Source: Catajapyx aquilonaris
Taxonomy: Eukaryota
DNA: 64,000 nucleotides
Assembly: GCA_000934665.2 (NCBI GenBank)
Contig: JYFJ02001518.1
Location: 1-64,000, forward strand
Direction of reading: 5' to 3'
The translations under genes and the position numbers were made by a program. Numbering within the stretch: the first letter of the stretch is position 1; each line of letters opens with the position of its first letter. Below are positions 24,401 to 35,844 of the stretch, piece by piece. The notes below the pieces were generated by a model. The model had not been told where the DNA came from. It saw only the letters and a program-made list of their open reading frames with translations, and searched no databases.

Positions 24401-27400
24401 AGGATGGTCTGGGCTACAACATATCCAATTTTCAGGCAAATCGAACGGAAGGCCACTCGCCCATATATTTTGTGCCTCGTCCTTTAAGTTTGCATTCTCT
24501 TAACAAATCATAGGGAATGCAGGTTTTGATCTAGTCCGGCCACTACATGAACTTGGAGTATAGCAAACTGTTTGTCATGTCTTTTACATAGTTGCTAGGT
24601 GTTTAGGTCAAAAATGACAAAAATGAGAGTTATCACCTTTTTCCACCACACCTCTCAAATGATGGTAACAAAATTTTAATTTATTTACCACATTTTACAA
24701 TTTCCTTCCTTATGAAAGATCACCTGTGTCTAGGTTAACAACATACTAATCAGTATTTATAATTAAGTAAATACTCTACATCAGTGCTTCCCAAATTGTG
24801 GGTCGCGACCCCAAACGGGGTCGCAAACATAATATTTGGGGTCACGAGGGTAGGTTACAGATTATTTTTACAAACTGATTGCCTCTCTGGAAAAATTTGC
24901 CTGTAAATGAGATGGTGTGTTAATTTGGCTATTATTATTGTCACTGACTAGCTACCACTGAGGGGGTACGGTTGAATTGAAAGATGTGGGGATGGCGAAT
25001 TTAAAGAGACGAGTTTCTGAGGTCGCCAAAGATTGGGAAGCACTGCTCTACATCTATCTTAACATACCCATCCCCCTTCCCCACTCACACATCACTTACC
25101 TGCTCGGTTTTCCTGGTTACCAGCACTGCCATGGTCCTGCTCACAAAGCTGGCAAGCAACGGGTTCAGCGGTGGCTCGGCCTCCAGAAATGAGTAGAGCT
25201 TGTTTAAAAGCTGCTCATCACTGGCCAGCTTCTCATTGAGGGCAGGAACATCACACGTCAGCAGCTCACAGGCTAGGTTTGACTGCTTATATCGAAGCTT
25301 CTCCTCTGTCTCAGGGGACGGCTCCGTCGTAATCAGGGTCACCAGCTCTTCCAGGACCTCTGGACGGATCAAGCTGCCACACGAATGGGGTGGGTTAACA
25401 ATGACTCTGGTGCAAAAGAACAAACTGCACACTCTGTAAGTTCACTGCCACAATTAAGTCACCAATATAATTTCAGCATGCTTCAGCAATTTCTTCCTCC
25501 CCTTGATAACAATCCGATTATTTTAATTATAATACAGTAAAACCCCTGTTGTTGGACACCCCTATATGTTGGACACCCCTCTATGTTGGACATTTTTGGT
25601 GGAACCGTGGAAAAGCCTATCCATTTGTATGGGCACATTAGCTCTAAGTTGGACACCCCTCTATCCTGGAAGTTGGACGCTTTTTGTCACCTAAGTTGGA
25701 CAGGTACACAGTGAATGGGATCAAAAATCTCCATCCAGCCTCCTTGATTTTTCAGGCCATTAGTACTCACAATCAGTGTATGACTCACTCAGAAAGTGAG
25801 TCAGATGGTGAAGTGAGTGAGACCGAGGCAAGTGGTTGTGACAATGTGCCGCTTTCCCACAAGGATGCTTTAGAGGGCATTAAGCAATTGGAACGACATG
25901 CCTTGGCCCCCCACCCAAAAGTGATGGACACCATTTATGCAGCCCGAAAACTCATCGAAACTGAACTCATGGTGTCCACTGTGGCCAAACTGAAACAGTC
26001 CAGGCTGACTGATTTCTTTTGTAAAAAGTGAGGGTCCATATCACAGAATCATGTAACCGTGTACTGTACTGTACTTTAGTCCCATATGTTCTTTACGGAT
26101 AATACTGTACATATATGTACTGTACAGTAGTGTACTGTACACTACGTACTGTAAAAAAATTTATGACGGTGTTTTCATCATGGGCATGCATGACCGTACC
26201 CTATACAGTACCTATCTCTCTAAGTTGGACACCCCTCTATGTTGGACATTTTTTGTGGAACCGTGAGTGTCCCACTTAGAGGGGTTTTACTGTAATTATT
26301 AAATGAATTATTATGAATTATTAAATGAATAAAATGAATAAATATTAAACTACCTTTACAAATGCCTTGTGGGGAGGGGCAAAATAAATTGCAGGTTGGA
26401 AATGAATTAATCCTTAAGTAATAATTAAACCTTGCTTGGAGAGTGGGTGAAAAGGTCACTTATTAACACAAAAAGTTCTGACGTGGTTTACAGGAGCACA
26501 GTCTCGGCAAATGGCCACTGCCTGATGCAGAAAAGGGGGTAGGACTCCCCACTACTTTCCACTTCTCATGTTTTTTAAAACTGCGCACATAGAAAATATA
26601 TTAATGCAGCTTCTCAACTAACATGAAGTGATGATGCAGAACAAAAATGGAAGGTGATCAACAAGGTCATCTTAGCATGAATAAGACAAGCTCTAAATTA
26701 AACAACCAACATTAAAAACCAGATTACTCACTGCCTTACCTGAATACCACCCACTCCCAACAACCCAGGGTTATAATTTTGAAAGAGGCTTATTTATTTT
26801 ATTTATTTTATTATTTTAATTACCCCTTGATAGCCTTGATAGGCTTTTCGGGGGACATTCCCCCCAGCAACAGAGAAGAGGCTTATAAGCTGTACATTTG
26901 TCATGCCTTGCACATGATAATTTCTTAAGTACCTTGTGTCAAATGCATTGCATATGACAACACTGCACCCCACTGAGTTTCTTACTGACCTCAACTACGT
27001 ATTGCGTTGGGTTATCCAAAGTAGCATTAATTCAGATAAGGCAGTGGGTGGACCTGCCTTTTAATGTCGGTTCTTGTACATGGCACATTTTACTCTTGTT
27101 TATTATGGGTAATGGGCTTGAAACACACAAAATTCCAAGACTAGCACCAGATGTTCGTGACATGATATTTCAGGTATATCATGTAAGTATTTCATTCTGA
27201 AAAATCAAGTTTTACTCCACGAGTTGAGTTAAATGCATGTCAAGTTCAATGCTTTATAATTGTCTTTGATTTGTCCATGCCACGACTAGCTGGAGCTCTT
27301 TTATCCACACATCAACCATGTTGAATTACTTAGCAAATATTCAGACACTCACAAGTTTTGCACATTACATGCCTATTATTATTCAAATGTTGGGCCAAAT

Positions 27401-28077
27401 GTGCAACACCCCCAAAACTTAACCTGCTCTGAAATGGTTCCATAAAAGGTTTCTTAGATGCATTTACATAGCACCTTACCAAACCAGGTTCACTTGCCAA
27501 GCAATTTGGGCCCTGGTGTGTGTAAATACCTCATTTTAAGAACTGAACCCTGTGAACTAGTTTGGTTTTGAAGATGCTTTGCAAATGGCCCCAAAGTTTA
27601 ACTGCGACAATACAAAGTATGACACTTCTCTTATGAAGCTCGACCTTATATCGTGACTTATGACACAAATCCTGCCACAGGATACCCTATTGTTTATGTA
27701 ATGTATTCTAGTGATCTTTTATTTTCTGTAAGTGTTGTTGGAATATTCTATGCAGTGGAAAAATGGTCAACAGCAGACCCTACAAGAATGAAAATCTGTC
27801 AACATATAACCAATGAGTGGTAGTCATCCTTAATAATTTCATCGACTTACATTTTCATAAAAGAAAAATTAACTTACAAGTCTATCAGCTTCTTGTTTTG
27901 TACTTTGCACTCTTGAAGTATGTCCTCCTCCTCCATAAGCTCTTGCAAGGTGACATCCTGAAGTGGCAAAAAATAATAATACCTCACTTCTCACAATAGC
28001 ATAATAATAGAACTCACTTCTTTGCTCAGCAATGTGTCAATATGCTGGGAAGTCACTGAGTTGAATTTCCAAAACAT
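816..28077 (-). CDS. PPP6R3: Serine/threonine-protein phosphatase 6 regulatory subunit (SAPS family), 16 coding exons, about 919 aa
   Basis: Exons: 28018-28077, 27878-27957, 25100-25373, 22305-22475, 19638-19816, 19450-19563, 15700-16030, 14024-14260, 13901-13965, 11977-12181, 11815-11904, 8862-8959, 7818-7994, 6110-6273, 1215-1556, 816-988. All introns are GT-AG and all phases match. SAPS hallmarks: MFWKF...[83 protein letters not shown]. The last exon may instead splice at 826 (AG/GTACGA) and continue beyond the window. Confidence 0.93.
1627..2425. mobile_element. piggyBac-like foldback MITE
   Basis: TTAA on both sides (1623-1626, 2426-2429), CCC/GGG ends, near-perfect inverted arms of about 350 bp. 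Confidence 0.92.
2582..4279. mobile_element. Large diverged foldback DNA element
   Basis: Ends ggttgaatcaagtgaaagaggaccagt / actggtccttttaacttgactcaacc. Inner arms about 2880-3192 versus 3354-3661. Confidence 0.8.
3935..4096. mobile_element. Tc1/mariner-type hairpin MITE (copy 1)
   Basis: TA-CAGTG...CACTG-TA with arms of about 65 bp. Second copy at 9267-9427. Confidence 0.9.
4875..5518. mobile_element. piggyBac-like non-autonomous element
   Basis: TTAA-CCCTGGA...TCCAGGG-TTAG. Segment 5350-5490 is the reverse complement of 35603-35750. Confidence 0.78.
6580..7259. mobile_element. Foldback MITE interrupted by a SINE
   Basis: Inverted arms of about 90 bp at 6580-6669 and 7170-7259. Confidence 0.8.
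6722..7073 (-). mobile_element. tRNA-derived SINE family A, full length
   Basis: Head ggtggccgagatggt. Target-site duplication aactgaaca(t/a)gaat at 6708 and 7074. Confidence 0.9.
7335..7553. mobile_element. PIF/Harbinger-like MITE
   Basis: TIR gggccgaattcagagaggttgcttaacg with perfect arms of about 57 bp; 3-bp duplication TTG. Confidence 0.85.
8110..8722. mobile_element. Tc1/mariner-type MITE (diverged)
   Basis: CAGGGTG...CCCTG-TA with imperfect TIRs of about 80 bp. Confidence 0.75.
9267..9427. mobile_element. Tc1/mariner-type hairpin MITE (copy 2)
   Basis: TA-CAGTG...CACTG-TA; homologous to 3935-4096. Confidence 0.88.
9487..9789. mobile_element. Foldback MITE, superfamily unclear
   Basis: aggactggtcactcccc / ggggagtggccagtcct, arms of about 110 bp. 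Confidence 0.8.
10111..10494. mobile_element. Tc1/mariner-type MITE
   Basis: TA-CAGT...ACTG-TA with imperfect TIRs of about 53 bp. Confidence 0.75.
10768..11698. mobile_element. pogo/Tigger-type MITE containing a SINE
   Basis: TA-CAGTGAAACCTG...CAGGTTTCACTG-TA with subterminal repeats. Confidence 0.85.
10905..11177 (-). mobile_element. tRNA-derived SINE family C
   Basis: B-box-like head, (ATT)n tail, 15-bp duplication caccttacctcaata at 10890 and 11178. Confidence 0.85.
13071..13842. mobile_element. Non-autonomous TIR element with GC-rich core
   Basis: aagggttcagtgattttgcatgttgggcttcaaa / tttgaagcccaacatgcaaaatcaccgaaccctt. Confidence 0.8.
14760..15087. mobile_element. Foldback MITE
   Basis: cagggtagacgaccggaaacattggccagtggtt...gcaggatatgag is inverted at 14960-15014; weaker outer arms. 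Confidence 0.75.
17275..17431 (+). mobile_element. SINE family B, 5'-truncated
   Basis: 16-bp duplication attaccttacccaaat at 17259 and 17432; lacks the tRNA head. Confidence 0.88.
18146..18698 (-). mobile_element. SINE family B with a tail expanded into an AAT/AAAT/AAC microsatellite of about 300 bp
   Basis: Duplication tagtgacagcaatta at 18131 and 18699; intact A and B boxes. Confidence 0.92.
19891..20721. mobile_element. piggyBac-like non-autonomous element (diverged)
   Basis: TTAA-ccctttgtctccc...gggagacaaaagg-ttca. Confidence 0.65.
22693..23532. mobile_element. Foldback element with TTAA-AGG ends (Kolobok-like)
   Basis: Inverted arms of about 340 bp at 22772-23115 and 23151-23506; ttaagg...ccttaa ends. 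Confidence 0.82.
23931..24660. mobile_element. TIR element with a nested foldback (about 24000-24487)
   Basis: Outer aggtgtagtggaaaaaggtgataac / gttatcacctttttccaccacacct. Inner arms of about 110 bp. Confidence 0.78.
24782..25045. mobile_element. hAT (Charlie-type) MITE
   Basis: CAGTGCTTCCCAA / TTGGGAAGCACTG TIR with a perfect 8-bp duplication CTCTACAT. Confidence 0.92.
25535..26292 (+). mobile_element. pogo/Tigger deletion derivative retaining the transposase C-terminus
   Basis: TA-CAGTAAAACCCCT...AGGGGTTTTACTG-TA, with gttggacaccc subterminal repeats. ORF 25684-26031 has an acidic tract, [13 protein letters not shown] and QSRLTDFF. Confidence 0.88.
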
Positions 28078-30399
28078 GGTAACCAATTTTTACACAGCCT
28101 GTAATTACAAACTCACATTACGCAGCCTGTCATTCCTTGAATTGGCAGTAAACTTACCAGTGTCAATAGTGTAGCATAGAAAATGTGAGGTATCCTGGTG
28201 TCAATCACATGTATGACAGATCCACACTTGTAAGTTCGTTCTATCCTTGGCTGTAGTAACTGGGGTGCATGGAAGGCTCATCACATCCCATGAATCATAG
28301 GCTCATGGTGTAGAGACAATCCAACTAAAAAGCAATAATTGCCATATTAAAAGAGATAATTCAAGTAAACCAAAAACCATTACCCCATAATCCTCTTTAT
28401 AGTCACTGGCATGTAGAATAGTGCATAACCCTAGTACAGGCCCCTAGAGCTGGTTGTATGATCAATGGCTAATCCAGAACAAGCAGTTGATCCATGCTAT
28501 TCTTCTAGGATTCATTGCAAGTTATTGATTTACTATTGATCACACAACTGGCCCTTATGCTGTGTATTTAATCCCACCCAGAGAATTAGCCAAAATAAAG
28601 TAGCCAAATTTCTGAATGTTTCTGACAGAAGGCTTACTGCTGCTTGACAAACAGTGACTCTTAGTGGGAGAAGCTCAGATGTTCAAGAAGCATGACGTCC
28701 ACCAATGCCACAATGTGCAACTTGCTTATCCCCCCAATGCAGCCACGCTGTCAAGCTAACAATGCCATACGCACACTTCCTCCATCCCCTTGAAATATGT
28801 ATAGCATTTCTTCCACAACAATATTCTTCTTGTTACTTCAGAGACAAAAAGACACTGATTTCTCCTTTTGTTAAGGGCATTCCATTGTGAAATTTGCATT
28901 CTCAGATCCGCATTGACTATAATGATCTAATCTAGAATAAACTTGCACAATATACATCCTGTGAACAATACACTGGACAACTGGATAACTTGACACAAGA
29001 ACATCTTGGCATGTCAACCGATACGCATGTGAGCTATATGATGAAACATGTGATACTTGTGATCTGAAGTTCATTTCAAAATTACAATAACGACAAAGTA
29101 AAAATGTGTAAAGCAAGTGTTTAGGCCTGATTAGTAAGGACTGTATTTACTATCAAATGTTAAGAGTTTCAACCAACTCAAGGTCTTGAATCAACACCAA
29201 AATCACCTTGGACCTCACTTCAACTGACTAGAGCAGACCACTTTAGTCAGGCAGCTCGAGTACTACTGCAGAAAAACAAGCCTAGAAGAGTGGTGGAAGT
29301 CGTCAGTGAAAATGTTTAAGATTAATGAATTAATGGCCAGCTTCAGGAGCTCACCTTCTACTTGTGGCCAATTACATGATCAGCGCAATATTGTTGCCAT
29401 AACAAGGAAAATCAGAATAATGTGCCTTGTCATGCGTGCCATGTTGAACTCCTCAACTGGGATCAAGGCCTTATTGTTTTTACTGTCAATACACATACTG
29501 CTTTCAACACATTGAATTCAAGTGGTTGAAATCCCTTTAAAATTAATAGTGGATGCTCATTGTGCATTCAAGTTCATTGTCAGTTTGATGCAGTAATCCA
29601 TCTAAACTGTACCAATTAGTTACTTAGCATGTAATAGCCCCCTGAACTATCTACAAAACTGTCCACATATAAGATGCCAACATAATTTATTCCTGCTAAA
29701 CACCAAGTGATTAATGTCGGGAGGAAAAAAAAAATCCACATTTTTTTCCCCCATCCTGCCAAGCATTAAATCCATTTGCCAATTAGGCTTTTCAGGCTAC
29801 TGGGAGCTGCCACAGGGTGTTTCAGATGATACAGCTACCATACTGCTGACTACCATGGCTTGACAGGCAGATTACAATGTAAACCTAACAGCATTTGCAT
29901 ATGCATTATCAAAATCAAACACTGACATCATATTTGGAACCAGTGAATTTGTTCACATCTTTGGAGCCCTGCACCGAAATGCTCCACCCTCCCTTTAACC
30001 CAGTGCAGTGGCATCTTTGAAATGTGTTTAGGTTATTGCTTGTAAACTAGAGGTATACATATCAGCAGTTTTAGAGCTAGTTTTAATTTTAAGTATTATT
30101 CGCCACATGAGGCATAGGACAGTGCCTGAACCGATTGGCAGATCCTTCTTCATATGACTAAAACCACAATAAAACTGTCCCTTTCACCATTGGTCAACTT
30201 CGAATAATAGCACTAGGATTATTCAGTCTAAAACACCAGCAATGCACCACACTTTCAAGCATTATGTACATTCACAAACACCATGTACTCCTTGCGCCCC
30301 AGCTGTGACTTTGAAATCCAGGCCTGGTGCATATCTCCAACTCCTGATTCCCCCACTTATAATGTACCCAAAACCCGCCCCCTTATGCAACCCCCACTG

Positions 30400-31363
30400 A
30401 AGATGATTTACCGATCAGAAGATGCCGTCCTGCCTGCAGTAAGCCCCTGCCAGCCGCCTCTTCCTTCTTCCAACGCACTTCCCAGGGTGTCCTCTAACAC
30501 CAACAGCAGCGGAACCCAACCAGTAAACGGGAGGGAAACCAGACCAAAACTCAAAATGGTGTCCTCCCTGCTGCTGTTGGCCTGCTGCTGATACCTTTGA
30601 GAACAGTCAGGCTCAGAAAGGCAGCCGAATTATTTTCCTTCCCCTACTTTAGCATCAAAGTTGATCTCATGGCCGTTTGGAGGCGCTGTTAAAAGTAGGG
30701 CGCCACTCTACGGCCAATCTCAACACTATTTACGCTACAGTCATTAAAATAATGTACCAGATTTTGATGATTATGATTGTGGTCAAGGATGGTGGTACAG
30801 TACGTCATTGCTACATACAAGTACTTCAGACGGGCTTCAAAATAAATTTTACAATTTCTCGCCTGAAATCGTGAAATGACGCATGAAATAGTGAAAATGG
30901 TGACTCTTGACTACGTGATATTAACACTGGGCGCCAGATGGCGTCTAGGCTAGTGCACTACCGACAGCACCCCCCAACGGTACATACTAAAACTATCAGT
31001 GAAAGGCGGAAAGGAGAATAGAACATGTTGGCTATCTTCGCTCTCTCAATATCAATGCTGCTGCTTAACAAATCAATCCCACAATCCCCTCCGATTCAAC
31101 CTCACCAAGAGATAACTATTATTTAGAGATTAAGTTAAATATATACCAAAAATATTTAATGATGTATGATCAATAAGTTGGGTTTGGGAAATACGCTGAT
31201 TTTTATTAAATAGGTTTTTTTAAAGCGGTTGGTGTTCTTGCCGAGTAAGTTCAAGATGGCGGCGCCCTGGACATGATGTGACAGAGGTTCAGTTTCTGAA
31301 GGCTTGGAGGGGGAAACAGGGATTACTTAAGTGTTAAGTAATCCCTGGGGGAAATACAGCGGT
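30400..31363. promoter_or_regulatory. Likely bidirectional promoter region for PPP6R3 and fuzzy
   Basis: CpG-rich island between divergent genes. YY1-like AAGATGGCGGC near 31253. A minus-strand donor (G/GTAAAT) near 30410 suggests a non-coding first exon of PPP6R3; the 5'UTR acceptor is at 28099. Confidence 0.6.
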
Positions 31364-34300
31364 ATGGCGGCGTATTTGATATGTGTCACGACCGACGGAG
31401 GGCTGCCGCTTTTCATCCGCAAAAGAAGCGAGGCCAAAGTGGTGAGCATGTCTGGGGGCAGGGGAGACTCCACGTTTGATTTTAATGTCTAAAAAGTGAC
31501 CAATGATAAAAGGAAAGCATAGCATAGGCCTACAATGTAGTAGGCCATCTCCTGTATCTTCAACCATTTATGTTCGGTCAGAGTTCTTGAAATTAGCCGT
31601 CAAAACAATTGACAAAAGAATAGGCCCACCATACGAATCCTCAATGCGGAATAACACGACAGGTTTTGCCTTACTGACTGCCTTGGATGTTTTATATAAT
31701 CTTATGATTGTATTTTGATATTTTTATTTTTTGTAAGGAAGTAATTAATTTTGTAATTTCCGCAGCTGCCATATTCTTTAGTAGCTTCTCTGAATGGGGC
31801 TAAGATGTATGGGAAGAGCCGTGGGATTGACCTTCTCAGCACAGTCACCAAGGATGCAAGAGTTGTTTGGCAGGATTTTCATAACAGGTGAGTTTTGACG
31901 GTATAAGTGGTAGTAATACTGGCATTATATTTACAAACCCAGACTGTGACATTTACAGTAATGTAACTATGTACCAGAGCAACACAGTGGCGCAGTGGTT
32001 TCCCAGGTTGGACTGAGGATTTTCTAACGTGGAAAGAGTTATCTTGGGTCAGCCCCCTGTCACTTCTATCCCAGGCCAATAGAAAAAGCTGTGCCATTAT
32101 CCCTTCCCGCATTGGTGCTAGTATATCTGCAATGGAATTGTGCTGTGGAACTCACTGCGCCATAACGACAGCGACCCTGACGGCACAACTATGCATTAAC
32201 ACTACCTAGCTCTAGGTGTTAATGCATAGTTGTACCGTCAGGGTCACTGTCGCTATGGTGCAGGGAGTTCCACAGCTGAATTCCATTGCAGATATACTAG
32301 CTCCCATGCAGGAAGAGATAACGGCACGCAAGATGGGGGCTGGTGCCCCGACCTTTTCTTAGACCGTGTCTTGGGTTCTCTCCATGTTCGTATGTGTCCT
32401 GTCAGGGTTCTCCTATATAGTTGAACTTGTTAAACATCTTTTTCAAATTGTGCCTTTTGGAAACCTCAATTAGTGTGGCTGTCCTTGGTGTAGGTTTCTG
32501 AAATGCCAACATAATTTTTCTGGATGGTTATAGCTTCCTTCCTTTTCTTACCTGTTTTAAATAATACTACTCTCACCCATTATTTGTTGCAGCGTAACCT
32601 TGATTGGGATAGGCATGAGTGACGACCAATCTGATCTGCATCTCAAGAGGTTGATTCAAAATGTGTTTGATACCATGGTGCTTCTGGTTGGATTGGATGA
32701 TATCATCGAAATCCAGAGTTTTGAGGGTCTCAAACATGATTTGCAGGTGATGCATCATAGGTAGTGGATAATTCAACCATATGAAGGTTTTGTAGAGAAT
32801 CTTGCGCGTCAATTGGATTTTTGGACATAAAGTTTATATTTTATCTTAATATTAAACCAAATTTTACTTTGCCTTTTAGTGTTAGTATATACATAAATTA
32901 CATGCAGATAGTGCTTGATGGAGAAGTGATCAGATGTCAGAATTGAAACAAAAAAATATTCAGGGTTGTACGTGGGCCATACTAAAATGATTTACAATTT
33001 ATTTTTTGGCCACAAATACAGTACCACTGCAGGTCGGCAGATAGTGACACAGTACAGATAGAGTCCTCCTGGAGCCGAATGTCGTACCACCACAGGTGTG
33101 TCAACCTCTCCAGGCCCTCCAGGAACCACGTTTTGGAGGTGCGACGCACCCTCTACCGGTCAACTGCTCACAGTCAACAACCATAAACAATGTCCTCGAA
33201 ATGGCGTTGGCGAAGGGTTTTTTTTCCTGAATCTGGGTTTGGGTGCTTCCACACCTGCCGTACTCATCCGACATGGCACCCAGTAACTTTCACCTGTTCA
33301 GAGACATGAAAATACCCTTTCGCCGACTTTGTTGACTGTAAGCAGTTGTCTGGGAGTGGGAGTGCCGGACCTCCAAAAAGTTGTTCCTGGAGGGCACGGA
33401 GAGGTTCCACACCCATGACTCCTGTGTATTCGGCTCCAGGAGGATTGTATCGATAATGTGTGCAGGTCTTCCGACCTGTATGGGCACTGTATTTGTGGCA
33501 AAAAAATAGATTGTAAATCATTTTAGTACGTCCCTCGTATTGAGGATCATTCTTGACTCCAACTCTTTTCCAGTCATGTTACGGCCTAGTGGACAAGCTG
33601 CTGGAGGGCTTCCAACCAGAGTCATGTCTGTCTTTTGGTGACTTGTGCCTGTGTGCAGATGTGGCATCCATTCCTGACCAGCCTGGACTTCAGTATCACT
33701 TAGACCACTTTTCTGAAGTGATGGAATCTACATACGGATGTGTGATGTCCACCAAGGGTTTCATGCTAGCTGCTACCAAGAACTGGTGGTCTCTCAATGG
33801 GAGGGAGCTGGCGCTTCTGTCCATGCTCATCACACTTGAATCCACCACTATGGCTGATATGCCAGTCTTTCTTCCATACAAGAGTCCCAATGTAAGTTTC
33901 AGAGTGCTTGGGATTATTTTATTATACTTCAGCCTACAACATCAAGCAGTCGAAACTCAGGTTCTTGTCTAATTCCGCCCTCTTGCAATGACCCATTGAG
34001 AGCTATAGAATAGGCAGCGGTGTCGTGCGATTATTGGGTCCAATCCAAAGTACAAGTACACTTTATTCATGATGTGGAAACTCCTCCTGCACTGTGATGA
34101 AGTAACGAATGACCAATTCCTTCCAGCTACCATTCCGTTTAGTAACATGCCAGCTGGTACCAGGTCTTTTGGTGTGCCTGCTGTGTGGTACTAATCCAAC
34201 CCTTCCATCACTGGAGGTAGAATCTGCCAAGTTCTGGCAACCTCTGGAGGAAATACTGAAAATCGTTACTGAAACTGTGCCCAAGAACTTCCCTCATTCC

Positions 34301-35032
34301 GTAATGGTAGACCAGAGTATTATTGGGTGAGTAAATGGTTCATTTATATTGGTTTCATGAAGGGTGAATCCAACTGCAAGACTTCTGTGAGATGTTTGTT
34401 CCCAGGAAAACATTGCCCTGTGAAATTGCAACTCATAAATTATGATTATGCATTATATTAAAGGTGGATATGCAGTAAAATTTCACTATCCATAAATTTT
34501 CATGATTTGCTGGATTTGCAGAATGCGAGATCAAACCACATGTTCTTTCTGCATGCCTCAACTGTTGCAGCTGTTATGTTTGAACAATTTTTTAAGGTTT
34601 TTGCTGGTGAATCTCGAGAAACATCGTTGCTTGTCTAGCATGTGTCCTTCTCAGAGTGAAGCCAGGGAAGGAAGGACACTTAGTGTGACCCGCAAGTTAG
34701 ACATATTGAGGAGTTTCTACCGCTCTGTCATTGGGGCCATCTTTCCTGATGTAACTTCAGGTATATTGTGTTATGTTAGGCTCAGCAGAAGCCATTTGTG
34801 TAACTTGACATTTCTTTTTTCAGATGATAAAAGTATTGATATATGTGAGAACAAATTCACTCATGCACCATTGGAGACCTACTGGTGCTCTGAGTTTCAT
34901 AAGTGTCATGCAGTGCAATCTGGTGCATACCAGATGTTTGTGGTTTACAACACTGAAATACCAAACCACACTATGAGACTGGTGACAGAAAGAACTTTGA
35001 GAATATTTTCCAAGGAGAAAATCTTCAAGTGA
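31364..35032 (+). CDS. fuz: Protein fuzzy (CPLANE / planar cell polarity effector, longin domains), 7 exons, 414 aa
   Basis: Exons: 31364-31441, 31766-31887, 32593-32746, 33574-33891, 34127-34326, 34597-34760, 34824-35032, GT-AG and in phase. Motifs: GGLPLF, LPYSLVASLNG, D.PVFLPYKSPN.PFRLV, LLCG..P.L, ETYWCSEFHKCHA. Confidence 0.92.
32117..32301. mobile_element. Hairpin MITE, apparently inside an old SINE remnant
   Basis: gctagtatatctgcaatggaatt arms of about 88 bp around a short loop. Confidence 0.82.
32971..33537 (+). mobile_element. mariner-derived foldback MITE (copy 1)
   Basis: TA-CG(T/A)GGG ends and long arms. The core encodes [14 protein letters not shown], the mariner YSPDLAP motif. 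Homologue at 46291. Confidence 0.88.
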
Positions 35033-35586
35033 ATAATCGTCTTTCTACTTTTGTATGTGTCAAAATATGCATATGGGTTGTGTAAGCAAATGTTTCATTA
35101 GTATTTAGTTATAAAATTGACTCTAAAGCAAATGATGAGTAAGTGATGATATCACTAGCACAAGATGACAATGTTTTATTGTGCAGTTAGTCAAATAAAT
35201 ATGCAAATTTTATAATTAATTATGTACAATCATCATTTTTGTAACCTTATACCTGGTTTCACCATTCAAGATATAGGAGTCATTTTCAGAAACACCTGGA
35301 AACATGGAATAGCAATCTTGGTCTAATTTTCATTCAGGAACACAGAATAGGCATTAAACCCTCCCCCACCTTCAGGATAGCTCAAGATAGGGAAGTTAGA
35401 CCAGGTTAGTGTAGAATACTGCGGAATAAATTGTTACATCATTCAGCACGCCCAATAGCTCCTCTGTAGCCAACTGGTGTTGCCAACACTTCTAGCCATG
35501 CTAATTCTTTGCCACTATCATTATTTTATTGCTGTAGAGTCTAATTTTTGCCCCTTTGTGTAGTTCAAATATTGCTACTTCTTAAA

Positions 35587-35839
35587 CCCTGGAACCGTGC
35601 CGTGGGGTCTTTTAGGACCCCATCATATTTTAATTTTTATTAATTATTATATAATACTTTTCGATGTATTGACTATATACAATCATTCTTTGAATAATGC
35701 CTAAAAGGATCGCTAATTCAAAAGAAACCTGCACTTCCTGTTATATACTGTAAAAAAATGGCAAAAGTTCATTGTAATTATCATTTTAATGGATATTTTT
35801 CCTTGGGGTCCAAAAAGACCCCACGGCACGGTTCCAGGG
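35587..35839. mobile_element. piggyBac-like MITE
   Basis: ccctggaaccgtgccgtggggtctttt / aaaagaccccacggcacggttccaggg-TTAA; same family as 4875-5518. Confidence 0.87.
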
Positions 35840-35844
35840 TTAAT

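Noticed and set aside
25550..25705. Short spaced repeats (gttggacaccc) resembling a CRISPR array
   Set aside because: Eukaryotic context, irregular spacing, and they are subterminal repeats of a Tigger-type element.
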